A stretch of DNA of 63,622 bases, counting the filler, from Licmophora abbreviata (lineage: Eukaryota), in NCBI GenBank assembly GCA_900291995.1. It is 14 parts of 14 records of this genome, joined end to end, with 100 filler letters (N's around TTAATTAATTAA, not from the genome) between each part and the next. Parts side by side here need not be neighbours in the genome. Positions count along the whole stretch, not along the records: positions 41,052 to 47,772 come from OLMU01001262.1; positions 47,873 to 49,190 come from OLMU01001263.1; positions 49,291 to 50,591 come from OLMU01001264.1; positions 50,692 to 58,290 come from OLMU01001265.1; 10 more parts are not named here. One strand, given 5' to 3'. Both the position numbers and the translations under genes were made by a program. This document shows, in pieces, positions 47,442-58,390 of this stretch (the first letter of the stretch is position 1; each line of letters starts with the position of its first letter). The notes under the pieces are model-generated. The model searched no databases, was not told the origin of the DNA, and saw only the letters and a list, made by a program, of their open reading frames with translations.

Positions 47442-48068
47442 GGCAGCGGTCGTTGCATGGACTTACCGTGTGAGTGAATATCTGAATTGTAAATATTGAA
47501 AACTTGCACCACTCTCCAGTAAATGTTAGCTAGCTATTGCTGTCCTGGCCTGGTACATACAAGCATCTAATCTGCGGCCACTGCGTCGATGCATGTCGCA
47601 TTGGATCGTCTTTCTCGTCACGTTTTACTCTGAATTCTGCCCTGGGAGCGTCAGTGCGAGCACATTAGGTACCTGGTACACCCAACAACAGCTCACAAAG
47701 CCGTATGTTACTCGGCAAACTCAGGGGTCTGTTGGATTCATTCTGATATTGTCCACGGCGATGTGCTCCAGCNNNNNNNNNNNNNNNNNNNNNNNNNNNN
47801 NNNNNNNNNNNNNNNNTTAATTAATTAANNNNNNNNNNNNNNNNNNNNNNNNNNNNNNNNNNNNNNNNNNNNTCCACGGCGATGTGCTCCAGCCGTCGTG
47901 CGTCTGTTTAAATAGTCGATTCATTCGAATCAATCGAATATTGCTTCGACTCACCCGACTCACTCAATTTGTCTTGCCGCGTTCCCGCGTTTTTCGTTTT
48001 TGATGACACCACAACAAGAGAATTTTGGAACTGATCGTGATTTATATCTTGGCTGCTATTGATCGATC

Positions 48069-48633
48069 ATGTGCTGTGGAGAGGACGCGATTGACGAGGA
48101 CAACCTCATACTGTGCTGTGCACTATGCTGCTTGAACTGCTCGTGCTTGCCGACGGCTGGGTGCTTGGGCTGTAGCGGAAAAGTGAGTTCGAATTGTGTT
48201 TTCGAGTCGTGACTTGCCTGTCCGTCGCGTGGCTTCCTTGCTGTGAACTTACACTGTTTCGTTGTACGATACTGTATTCGACCAGTGCGGTGCGTGCTGC
48301 TTTAATGCTGAAGTGTAAGTGGAGAGACGGATTGAAACTGAGCCCTCTCGCTGCACAATTTTGCTGACGAGATTGTCGTTTTGTCTCTCGTCACGTCGCA
48401 GTTGCTGCAAGCCGGGTGCGCCGTGTCTCTGCCCCTGTATCTGCTTGGGATGCAAGTGCCAGAACAATGAGTGCGCTGTACTCAATTGCCAGATTCATTG
48501 CTGCCCTCTTGTTGTGTCGGGTGCCTTCCCATGCAACGACGAGGTCCCCGTGGCTGTCGCTGCTCTCGGAATCACCGTGTTTCCAAAGTGCGGTTGTTGT
48601 GTTGCGCAGAAATCATTGCAGATGAATCGTTAG
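48069..48633 (+). CDS. Very Cys-rich small protein (124 aa), 3 exons (48069-48182, 48286-48314, 48402-48633)
   Basis: Canonical GT-AG splicing gives MCCGEDAIDEDNLILCCALCCLNCSC...GCSGKCGACCFNAEVCCKPGAPCLCPCIC...FPCNDEVP...KCGCC. Confidence 0.8.
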
Positions 48634-49449
48634 GAGCACCTCGTTGTCCGTGTATCGAATCAACAGTACTATAGTCTAGGATGGCGGTTGGATTCAATCT
48701 CGTCGTTGAACGTGAAGTTAAAGTGTTCAGTATAGCAGCCTGCTGCATCGGAACTTACTGATTGCGATACTTTACCTTGGAGTCCTCCTCAAGGCTCATC
48801 TATTTAGTTGGCTGATGTTGAAGTAAGATTTGTGCTATATGCGATGGCGCTGCTCCTGTCTTCGAAAATAGTAGATGGATGAACTTATTGTGGTCATAGT
48901 TTTGAGTGTTGTTAAAAGTGCTTGCGTATTGTTGATATTCTCTTTGTCTCGTTGTTCATGATAATACTACTACACACAAATGATGCATGTCGATAGACAG
49001 CATACACGGCTACCGTTTCGTCCACTTCTTTCAGAATCAGGTTCCAAATTCACATCCAGGGAGCCAATCGTGACACCCTTCGCTTGTTGAGATGACCTGT
49101 CCGAAAAGTTCAGTCTAGCCGCAGCCATGTAGACAGTTTCCAATTTGGTCCCGAAGTACAGAGAACAGCACAACAAGCCGTAGCGCCCGGNNNNNNNNNN
49201 NNNNNNNNNNNNNNNNNNNNNNNNNNNNNNNNNNTTAATTAATTAANNNNNNNNNNNNNNNNNNNNNNNNNNNNNNNNNNNNNNNNNNNNGACTCTCCAT
49301 CAGATCCGACACTCTCACTGACCTGAGTTGATCAACGTACCGGTACACTAATCTGCACGGTGGCAACGGGTGAACTATTTACGCAGCCGTCAAGGTAGTT
49401 ACAGTGTATAGTCATGGCTCCATCGCGCTTAGCAGCAAATCATTCCAAA

Positions 49450-50571
49450 TCAATCTTCTTCAATGCCACCCGTCGACAAAGCCACTGCACAACCCGACAC
49501 AATGGACACCGCCGACAAGACGCCTCCACCGAGTCGCCATGCGAGACCCCGACTCAGTACACCCTTCATGCCGACTCCAACCATGACTGCCAACGTCGCA
49601 AGTATTCTAGATTTCCTCGTCGGTCGTTGATCAATCGCCGCTTGCCATTCGTCCGCTTCGTCGTCAGAACATGGTGTAAAGACAAAGTACGATCCTTTCG
49701 AACCCTTGCCAATACGAACTGCCTTGTCACAGTATGGAGTATCCAACACGACACTTGACGTAGGACCCAAACGGAGATTAAATTTCATCTTGCGCTTTGA
49801 GAAGGATTGTTGTCGACGCCCCACTCCAAGCGCGATGCGAGGCGGATCGAAATCGGCTCGAACCGCACGGGGTGACAGTCCACCTGGCGTTTGTCGTTCG
49901 CCGACTATATCCTCTCTTTCTTGGGGCGACAATGCATACGCATCACCTCGAAGAATAACTTGAATTCGAACAAAATCCAAGAATGCAGAAAGTACAATCA
50001 CATTGACCGCTTGGGCGACGGAATCGGGTGCTTTGGGTGGTAGCAGATGCTGCAGAGTACGGTGTGTCCGAAGAATCACCTGTGCCGGTCCTCGAGACCA
50101 CTTGCCCCCCACTGGCTTATCATTGGGTTTGTTTGGAAGTACATGCTCCACGTCATAGTTCCCAAGAATAGGAGGAAAGAGGTCGTCTTGGTCGACGGCT
50201 GTCGTGTTTTCATCCAAGGAAAGAACAAGTGGCCGAATGAGGTCGGTTTGATCGAATGACCCTGGAAGATCAGTCATCATCAGAATCTCAAGCAGCATGC
50301 TCACGCGGTCCTCTACGAGATCCGGTAGCTCTTCATTGTTTGTGCATGAGGTCGTCGATGGTACTCGCACAAGTCGTCGTCGTTGCGAAGAGGAGGAGCG
50401 TGACATGGGGGCTTGCCTGCGACACTCGTAGCTGCGACACGCCGGCGCTGACGACGAGACCGAAGGAGGCACCCACGCGGTGGAGCAACCAGCGCGCAGT
50501 GCATACATGAGCACATACAAAACGAGCCGCACAGTGGCTTGCCTTGGAAACGAGACTGGTGGCTTCATCAT
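49450..50571 (-). CDS. Plastid lipid-associated protein / fibrillin-like (PAP_fibrillin) with C-terminal hydrophobic tail
   Basis: LGNYDV, ADFDPP, VVLDTPYCDKAVRIGKGSKGSYFVF. Presequence STA-W. Confidence 0.7.
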   Translation of the reverse strand: MMKPPVSFPRQATVRLVLYVLMYALRAGCSTAWVPPSVSSSAPACRSYECRRQAPMSRSSSSQRRRLVRVPSTTSCTNNEELPDLVEDRVSMLLEILMMTDLPGSFDQTDLIRPLVLSLDENTTAVDQDDLFPPILGNYDVEHVLPNKPNDKPVGGKWSRGPAQVILRTHRTLQHLLPPKAPDSVAQAVNVIVLSAFLDFVRIQVILRGDAYALSPQEREDIVGERQTPGGLSPRAVRADFDPPRIALGVGRRQQSFSKRKMKFNLRLGPTSSVVLDTPYCDKAVRIGKGSKGSYFVFTPCSDDEADEWQAAIDQRPTRKSRILATLAVMVGVGMKGVLSRGLAWRLGGGVLSAVSIVSGCAVALSTGGIEED

Positions 50572-50997
50572 ATCATGGTCAACTTCCTACANNNNNNNNN
50601 NNNNNNNNNNNNNNNNNNNNNNNNNNNNNNNNNNNTTAATTAATTAANNNNNNNNNNNNNNNNNNNNNNNNNNNNNNNNNNNNNNNNNNNNAGTTTTGAT
50701 ATTTCTGCGGCACAGCTTGTAGACTACTCGAGTAGAGGTAACACCAAACACCTGCGGCCGGTCCTCGAACCCCTATCTCAAATATTGAAATGGCTATCTA
50801 TCGACACAGATCAATCCGCTGGAGTGAATAGGGTCTGTCTCCCTTGCGGTGGCAAGCTTCGTCCCAGTTTATCGAAATTCCAACCCAAACACTAGCAAAG
50901 TATTTTGGAACTCCTTGCGTCCAATGCACACCCCTATGTCGTAGGCTTGAGTTCCAGCTTGGGACAAATCATGCTGGTACGTTGCTCGCCCTACTCT

Positions 50998-52443
50998 CTA
51001 AGTCCATCCCTTTTTTATAATCCGCTGAGTATGCACGTATTCGGACGCCACAGCCACCATCATTGCAACAATCAATCCAACGACCACATAATTCACCGTT
51101 CGCCATCCCGCTAGAGAACTTCCACCGGCATCGTAGATATACCCCGTCGAAAACGTTAAAGCCCCGGTTATCAAGAACATGCTAAAATCATTGGCAGCCT
51201 CGACACGTGACTTGAATTCTGGCGCGGTTGCATGCACATTGGTCAACAGCATCGTCCCACTGGCAAAGCCAAAATTCCAACCGACACCCAGAAATACAAG
51301 CCCGAGTATCCATGTTGCCCGTATGCCATCCTCCTCCGACTCGGATACGAAATTAAATGGCATGGCACAGCCAAACGCAATAATGCTTAGCACACTCGTA
51401 ACGATCGGTCCAACCCGATCGATGATTTTGGATGTGACAAATCCTGGAGCGTACATGCTGAAAAAGTGCAATTCCATCACTGTCAGACTTTGTCTCGAAG
51501 AGTAGCCTACTTGACCCATGGCGACACGCACGACACTCATGGGCATGATCATTATGGACCATGCCAGCGTCGAAATGGCGAGCGACACGAGGAACGGGCG
51601 ACTCTTTACGAGCGACGCAATCGTAGTCGCTGTCGTCAAGGCAGTTGAAGTAGGGACGACCGTTGCTGACACGCGCACGTCGTCCATGCTCTCCACACTT
51701 TCCAGATCCCCTCCTTCTTCCGTTTCAACTACGGCACGAGAGGATGGAAATCTCACCATCCAAACGCTGAAGCTCTGGCAGACATTGAAGATGGCAATCA
51801 TCATGAAGACTCCCAGATACAGTAGATCGTCGCCAAAGAGGTCCTTCGTGCCTTCCACCGATTCTGGTCCGGCAAAGGCCGCAATACAGCCACCCGATAG
51901 TACGAGTGTAATTGCAAACGACTTGAAAGATACCGGTACGACTTCGACTGCCGCAAACCTTAAATACATGCCAATCCCATTGGCAGCCCCCATGGGTAAA
52001 CATGCGACAATCACCAAGAGAGTGCTTTCAATGACAATGGCAATACTGCCCAAGAGCGCCCCCAGCAGTCCCAGTGAAGTGCCTACCAAGAACCCAAACT
52101 TTCGCCCTCTTTGGAACAATCGCGACGTCAATAGCGATACAGCTGCGGAACCTACGAGAAAAGAGGCGAGGGCAAACGGAGCCGTCTGCGATGTACCACC
52201 GACGCTCAAGACAATCACGGCACTCGAGCCCACAATCGACGTGGCTTGACACATAAGACATGCGTAGGCGAGCACAAGGAACACAAGATGCTTGACTTCG
52301 ACAGAAGTAAGCTTCTCTTTTGTCAATTCTTCTGAACTGCTATGGCTTGTCAGTTTGGCAGTCGACCGTGAAAGCGATAGCTCATCTTCCTTTAAGGCTG
52401 CCCCGCCGCTGAACTCCTCTGAAGTTGCGCTGGCCATTGTCAT
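50998..52443 (-). CDS. Major facilitator superfamily transporter, intronless
   Basis: About 12 TM helices, RGRKFGF loop motif, LRFAAVEV, HFFSMYAPGFVT.KIIDRVG, GVGWNFGF. Confidence 0.88.
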   Translation of the reverse strand: MTMASATSEEFSGGAALKEDELSLSRSTAKLTSHSSSEELTKEKLTSVEVKHLVFLVLAYACLMCQATSIVGSSAVIVLSVGGTSQTAPFALASFLVGSAAVSLLTSRLFQRGRKFGFLVGTSLGLLGALLGSIAIVIESTLLVIVACLPMGAANGIGMYLRFAAVEVVPVSFKSFAITLVLSGGCIAAFAGPESVEGTKDLFGDDLLYLGVFMMIAIFNVCQSFSVWMVRFPSSRAVVETEEGGDLESVESMDDVRVSATVVPTSTALTTATTIASLVKSRPFLVSLAISTLAWSIMIMPMSVVRVAMGQVGYSSRQSLTVMELHFFSMYAPGFVTSKIIDRVGPIVTSVLSIIAFGCAMPFNFVSESEEDGIRATWILGLVFLGVGWNFGFASGTMLLTNVHATAPEFKSRVEAANDFSMFLITGALTFSTGYIYDAGGSSLAGWRTVNYVVVGLIVAMMVAVASEYVHTQRIIKKGWT

Positions 52444-52826
52444 GCGCAATGTGTTCAATGATGAATCGAAGTGAGAGAAATGAAGAGTCTCTCATCATCG
52501 TCGTCGTCACCGCCGTGGTTGTATCGAACTCTGCTCACGCTGTTTTGCAACAACAAAAATTGGTGCAGCGCCGCGGGAATGAGCGCGGTGAGGTGCCGGT
52601 ACGAAGATACGCCCCCGCATAACAAATAGGCTCATATTCAAATGAATAAAGCTAAAGTTAATGCCGTGGCGCTGGAGAGTGACCTCCGCCGATGCCCAGC
52701 GACATATACGACAACATTTCAAACCCAACTAATATCTAGTCTACATGCTCCATTTCGATAATCTACTTACTAAACTCACAACTACTAAAGTATGCCTCGA
52801 GAAGTGCGTATTCCATAAAGCTCTAG

Positions 52827-53402
52827 CTAGGGAAACTCTCCTCGGAGGCTGTTCAGTCTGTCTCCTCTCGATGGCCGTCGGTCCTCACGGCGAATGATAT
52901 CTCGACACGCGTCTCTCGTCTCCGAGCGTGGCAACAAGCGATCTAAATTCCATTCCGGTCCAACATGCCCGCATCCTTCCGGCCCCAGATCTACTCTTCC
53001 AGGACAAGTATGTTCGTCTCCGGCATCATTCGGTGGTCCATTCCCACATTGAACATCGTTGTACAGTGGACGGCCATCGTGTCCTGGACCATCTCCCAAC
53101 ATTTCACATATTTGCGCGACCGTCTTCCATCCAAGTTTCGTTTTGACCTGAAATGTGCCAATGCCATGGTCAAAGGTTGACATGCTGCAGTAGCATTCGT
53201 CTCCCACGCTGTAACTGTCGGCCCACGAGAGTCCTCCCGGGACCACGTCATACTTTTCGAGAATGAGTACTTGTTCGATGTCGGGATGTACTTCCACCGC
53301 TGCCGCTAATAAGTGGCCACCGTTGGAAGAATAAAGTGAGCACGATGTCAGCACCAGCGGTGTGAATAGTAGAGAGGGGAGCGACGAAGCTCTCATGATC
53401 AT
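52827..53402 (-). CDS. Secreted protein with a compact Cys/Gly/Asp-rich domain of unknown function
   Basis: Hydrophobic leader, then WADSYSVGDECYC..TFDHGIG...YNDVQCGNGPPNDAGDE..CPGRVD.G..GCG..GP.W. Confidence 0.75.
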   Translation of the reverse strand: MIMRASSLPSLLFTPLVLTSCSLYSSNGGHLLAAAVEVHPDIEQVLILEKYDVVPGGLSWADSYSVGDECYCSMSTFDHGIGTFQVKTKLGWKTVAQICEMLGDGPGHDGRPLYNDVQCGNGPPNDAGDEHTCPGRVDLGPEGCGHVGPEWNLDRLLPRSETRDACRDIIRREDRRPSRGDRLNSLRGEFP

Positions 53403-53930
53403 GACGGTCGCAACTTTTCCTGCTGCTGTACTTTGCCCGACTGTACACGACGTTCGATGTCGCTTGTTGACCGCGGCGGGATGATTTCAAGAGGTTTCGA
53501 CATCACGCAGAGGTGAACCCGTTGCTTGTTAGTTTTGATCATTCATGAAGGATGTGATCTCTTTGAATGTCACGCAATGGAAAAGGAACTGAACGGCATA
53601 TGATCATGCTTGACGGAGCGACATAAGGATGTCCAGATTGCACCCACTTTACTTATGAAGATTCCAAGTCGTTGCAACTGTCCATCGAACTTGAGACGCC
53701 CGATATGAGATATAAAACGCGTCTGAAGAAACGCTTGGTGCGTTATTGTGTTTCACGAGCGTGAAAGGACTATTTGGCTGGAACTGGTTCGCATCCGCAA
53801 ATTCGTCGGGTTTTTCTTCATTCTACAGTTTTGATTCGTCCCTGCGCGCTTCTATTGAATGTCGTACCTGACGTCATTTCAACTAACGAGCCACCACAAC
53901 TTATTTTTATATTTTCCGCCGTCCAAACTG

Positions 53931-55175
53931 ATGCTGACCATGACGAGCCAACGTCGGCTGTGTTTGCTGGCGACGTTCCTGGCAGTCTGGTGTTGTTTCG
54001 TCGATACGTGTCATGCCCTTGTCTTCACTATTCCTTTTCAGTCTCGAAGTAAGAGTCATTCATTGCGATCTTCATCGTCGTCGCGTCTCGAACTGATCGA
54101 ACCGATCACCAACTGCACGGTCGTGCTGTGTGGCTGTTTGCACGGTTCGTCGTCGTCCAGCAGCGATGTGAGGAATCTCTTGTCGTCGAATCAAGACACG
54201 GACGACGTTATTGTACTGGAACTCTGTGCCAGTCGATTTGCTAATTTACGACGAGCCCAGGAGCAGCGACGACATCACTCTACATCAGCTTCCGTCGGAT
54301 CGATTCCAAATTTTCTTCGAATGGTGTCCAAGACGACTCAAAATCGAGGATGGGCTACGGGGGTGGCGGCAGCAATATTGGGAGGGGCATCGGGACTCCA
54401 GACGGCACTCAGTGGTTTCGAGGCGGGGTCCGAATTCATCACGGCACTGGAGATTGCCAACGACCAAAACTGCGACATTGTTCTAGCCGACCGCACGGTA
54501 GACGAAACCTTACGACGTGTCGGGAGTCTTCCGGAAGTATCATGGGCTATGCTAATGGAGAGAGACTATCAGGACGAGGCAAACGCACTGCAAACTGCTG
54601 TGTTCGGTGATTCCACCCTGCCGTCCGATCAACAGATCAGCATGCCACGGGTCTTCCTGCGAAATGCTGCCGTCCGTCAAGACATGGTGCGATTGATGCT
54701 TCCGACGATACTCTTGGCCCAGACAATCACAATGATGGGACAAATAATATTGAATATTATCGGTGGTGGTGGCATTGCTACTGGGACAAGCGACCCTAGC
54801 ACGTGGTTGTCGGTAGCGTCGAGCTCTGCGTTTGCATCCGACTTTTCATCATCATCATCGTTCTCGATACTGGTTTCCGACATGACGTCGTTTCCTTCCA
54901 TCAATGTGTCTTCACTCTTGCTCGATGTTATTTTGAATCTGCTAACGAGCGGCTGTGTACTGCTCTTGGGATACAATCTGTTGGCACTTCCTGCAACGCG
55001 CGTCATTCTGTGCGAGCGAGACGACCCTCTAGCGGACGGAATACGAGCCGCCTGTCGGTTGGCCCAACAAGAGCAAAAGAGCGATTCGACGCGAGTCGTA
55101 GCGGTGCTCGGACTGCTGCATGTCAATGGAGTTGCTCAGAGGCTACTGGTTGGTGATGGCAAGACTAGATACTGA
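53931..55175 (+). CDS. TraB/PrgY-family protein with signal/transit-like leader
   Basis: GCLH, VLELCASR, GSEF..A, IVLADR....TLRR, ERD, VVAVLG.LHVNGV. Confidence 0.82.
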   Translation: MLTMTSQRRLCLLATFLAVWCCFVDTCHALVFTIPFQSRSKSHSLRSSSSSRLELIEPITNCTVVLCGCLHGSSSSSSDVRNLLSSNQDTDDVIVLELCASRFANLRRAQEQRRHHSTSASVGSIPNFLRMVSKTTQNRGWATGVAAAILGGASGLQTALSGFEAGSEFITALEIANDQNCDIVLADRTVDETLRRVGSLPEVSWAMLMERDYQDEANALQTAVFGDSTLPSDQQISMPRVFLRNAAVRQDMVRLMLPTILLAQTITMMGQIILNIIGGGGIATGTSDPSTWLSVASSSAFASDFSSSSSFSILVSDMTSFPSINVSSLLLDVILNLLTSGCVLLLGYNLLALPATRVILCERDDPLADGIRAACRLAQQEQKSDSTRVVAVLGLLHVNGVAQRLLVGDGKTRY

Positions 55176-55413
55176 TGCAATTTGAAAGGGAAGGTTGGAT
55201 CGTCGAGTCTTGTAGTACCGGTAGAAGGTGCTCTCCATCACTGTACGATGTAAGTATTGGACTAGTATTCATGTCCATGAGAAAGGCAGTAAGATACAGG
55301 GCAAGAAGAAACTACTAAGATCGATTTACTAGACTAGTACCGTGGTCGACACCAGGATCTACAGACTGCCATCTTTACCCCTGTACCCCGTACTGTTCCG
55401 TCTTCGACATGTT

Positions 55414-55716
55414 CTAGTCGATGTGAGCTCCGGCCATGGCCATGGAGTCGAGAAGAAAGGCATTCTGCGCCGACAGCATGTACATTTCGTCACGGGCGGT
55501 CTCGAGCTCGCGAATCCACTGGGATACGTCTTGCAGGAGGTCGTCGTGCGACGAGACGACCGCCACGTCGTTCGTTGGACCCTGTGTCTCGGAGTCTGGC
55601 TGACGACATGCAGAAGTGCCATCGTGAACGGGTGAGTCAGCGTCGGGACTGTCGAGGAGACTCATGTTGGCTTGGAGCTGCAACGAGGCCCCCCTGTGCT
55701 CTGGAGAGGCGTCCAT
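55414..55716 (-). CDS. Small hypothetical protein with short coiled coil
   Basis: LLQDVSQWIRELETARDEMYMLSAQNAFLLDSM heptad pattern. Start uncertain. Confidence 0.45.
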   Translation of the reverse strand: MDASPEHRGASLQLQANMSLLDSPDADSPVHDGTSACRQPDSETQGPTNDVAVVSSHDDLLQDVSQWIRELETARDEMYMLSAQNAFLLDSMAMAGAHID

Positions 55717-56073
55717 GTTGCAGAATGGGACAGGGAGTGGATAGAAGCGAGCTTGCGAGTGCAGTAAGCGGAGAGGGAAGGCGAAACCGTCGGCGGGTGT
55801 CGATCGCATTGCCGTCCATGGCGCCAAGACGATGGTTTGGTGCTTGGTGCGGTGCTTGTTGTCGGTAGGAGATTACGAACTCCGGGTACCAGGTACCACT
55901 TTTTCAAACGATTTTTGCGCGCCAAAAATTGAAAATTGGATACCGATTTGGCGGCACAGTGGGCTCTTCTCAAGAAGCTACCACAGATCGATCCGCACCT
56001 CCACACTAGGATTCGATTTCTTAAAGGATTGACTATTGGCTGGCTAAGTGTCCGTTTCCCAGTCCCCATTTAT

Positions 56074-58290
56074 TTAGAACCGCCTATACCCCTCGCTTCT
56101 TTGGAAAGATTCGAACCCGTCGCTGACGGTCCAACGAGCCTGCCTTTCCAGCGCAAGCAGCCGTGCTCTCAGGACGGTTATTTCCGACTCTTTCTCTTCA
56201 GCAAGATGTGAAAGCTTACCTTTCAAGTGCATCACTTCTTCATTTCGATTCTCCACTACGCGCTTGGTCTGTGCCGCGAGGGACGCAGCAATCTCTTCCG
56301 CGCGCGTCTTTTCCGTGCGCAAGCGATCAATGGTCAGTCGGCTCCAGTCTCGTTTCACGTCGTCGTCCTGGGATTGTCCCTTGTTTGTCGCGGCCAACAG
56401 TCGCAGACGCAATACGGAGTTCTCCCGCTTGAGATTGTTCGTCTCCTCGTCTGAGGAAGGGAAATCCAGCAATGCGCGCGATTGACGACGATCTTGAAGT
56501 TGTCGTCGTTCTCGTTCGTCCGCCTCCACTTGTCGCATGAGCAATGCCTCTGCTTCCGTCAATACCTCCGCATCTCGCGACCGTCGTGCGCTTGGGGTTT
56601 CCGTCGATCCATCGCGCCGTAGATCGGATCGCATTCGTTCGACTTCTCGTTGGGCGTCGATCAAACGAGCGTCCGTGGATACTGCGTTCAAGTCAAACTG
56701 GTCTCGGGCATGCGGCGGATGTTCGGTAAATCCGTCTGAGGATGAGAGCGACTGCAATCCAGTTTGCAACATCTCCGTTTCTCTGAGACTGTCTGACAAT
56801 GCCGAACGCAGCGCCATCGCATTAGCTTCCGCCTCATGGCGAGCGCGTTGCTCCGTTCGAACCAACTCTTGGACATCGTCGACATGTGGCGACGATTGAA
56901 GCACGTTCAGATCTCGACGTAGTGACTCGCGCTGTCGCTCACTTTCTTCTAGCTGCATTTGTAGTGACTCTGCTGCTGATTCCGCTCGAGTCCTCGCTTG
57001 CTGCTCTTTTCGGATCGTCGCTCGTATCTCGTCTTCGATCGACTCGCCCTGCGCGCTTGCCTCTTGCTCTTCGATTGGTAGGGCCTGACTTCCCTTGGCG
57101 ACAATCCGCTGCGACGCTTGCCGCGTTTCTAGTTCGTGATGAAGTGACTCCGATTGGCGCTCTCTTTCCGCCGATCGACGTTGCAGTCTTGACTCGGCCT
57201 CCTTTCTGGCGTGCTGCTCTTTGTGGAGCAGCTCCTGAATCTCAACTACATGAGCCTGTTGTGAGGACTCAAGCGCATCTTTATCTCGACGACTGGATTC
57301 CCGCTGTTTCTCACTTTCTTCTAGCTGACTTCTCATCGATTGCGCCCTTGAATCGGCTTCAGCTCTCGCACGGCGCTCATACTCTACAAGCTTCTTTGCA
57401 TCTTGAGCTTTCTCTCGCTGTGACGTCTCCAGATTCTCTAATTCCTGGCGAAGGGATTCTAGCTGCTGTTTGTGCTCTCCGAGCTGAGATCGCAAGAGCT
57501 GGGCAGTAGAGTCGGCTTGATTTCGCGCAAGGCGCTCTTTTCGAGCAATATCATGAGCCTCGCTCTCTTTTGTCTGCTCCGAGGCTTGGAGCGCATCTAG
57601 CGCATGACGAAGAGATTCCCGCTCTTGGCTGCTCTGTTCAAGCTGTGATTGCAGCCTCGTGATAGTTGATTGAGCTTCAGATCGATCTCTCTTCGCCGTA
57701 CGCTCGAGCTCTTGAGTTTCTTTCTCGTTGGCTTGTCTTGATGTTCGTATCTCATCCAATTCTCGGCGAAGTGACGCCCGTTGACCCTCGCTTTTTTGCA
57801 GGTCCGACACAAGAGAAGCAATGGCGGACTCGGCTTGAGACGTCGTTAGTTGTTCTTTGCTGGCCATTGTTTGAACGCTTTGTTCGCTCTTTTGCTGCGC
57901 CGCTTCAGCCGTCCTGAGCTGTAGACGCAGAGCATCAAGTTGTCGATCGCTCTCTTCCACTTGCGCCAACCGTTCCTCGTGAGCGAGTTCCTTAGCCGCG
58001 CGTTCACGAGTCGCGTGCGAAAGTGCAAGCGTATCCATCTCCTGACGCAGCGACTCCAGCTGCTGGTGGCTTTCTTGTAGCTGTGATTGCAGCTCAGCAA
58101 CATCGGATTCGGCTTGGGATCTCGCCAGCTGCTCCTTGTTGATTTCGTCTCTTAGGCCTTCCGCTGTCCTTTGATGTGAAGCCTGCAACGCGTCCAATTC
58201 TCGAGTAAGGGACTCTCTCTGATCTTCACTTTCTTTCAGCGACGATCGGACAGTTTCGGACGATAAATCAGTTTGGGATCTCAACATCCT
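56074..58290 (-). CDS. Long coiled-coil protein with ~50-aa degenerate repeats, 5' truncated by gap
   Basis: Frame of more than 737 aa, rich in E/Q/R/L/S. Recurring KEQ.AR..AES....L..QLEESE.QRESLR.EL..L..S. Confidence 0.8.
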   Translation of the reverse strand, partial: RMLRSQTDLSSETVRSSLKESEDQRESLTRELDALQASHQRTAEGLRDEINKEQLARSQAESDVAELQSQLQESHQQLESLRQEMDTLALSHATRERAAKELAHEERLAQVEESDRQLDALRLQLRTAEAAQQKSEQSVQTMASKEQLTTSQAESAIASLVSDLQKSEGQRASLRRELDEIRTSRQANEKETQELERTAKRDRSEAQSTITRLQSQLEQSSQERESLRHALDALQASEQTKESEAHDIARKERLARNQADSTAQLLRSQLGEHKQQLESLRQELENLETSQREKAQDAKKLVEYERRARAEADSRAQSMRSQLEESEKQRESSRRDKDALESSQQAHVVEIQELLHKEQHARKEAESRLQRRSAERERQSESLHHELETRQASQRIVAKGSQALPIEEQEASAQGESIEDEIRATIRKEQQARTRAESAAESLQMQLEESERQRESLRRDLNVLQSSPHVDDVQELVRTEQRARHEAEANAMALRSALSDSLRETEMLQTGLQSLSSSDGFTEHPPHARDQFDLNAVSTDARLIDAQREVERMRSDLRRDGSTETPSARRSRDAEVLTEAEALLMRQVEADERERRQLQDRRQSRALLDFPSSDEETNNLKRENSVLRLRLLAATNKGQSQDDDVKRDWSRLTIDRLRTEKTRAEEIAASLAAQTKRVVENRNEEVMHLKGKLSHLAEEKESEITVLRARLLALERQARWTVSDGFESFQRSEGYRRF

Positions 58291-58390
58291 NNNNNNNNNN
58301 NNNNNNNNNNNNNNNNNNNNNNNNNNNNNNNNNNTTAATTAATTAANNNNNNNNNNNNNNNNNNNNNNNNNNNNNNNNNNNNNNNNNNNN

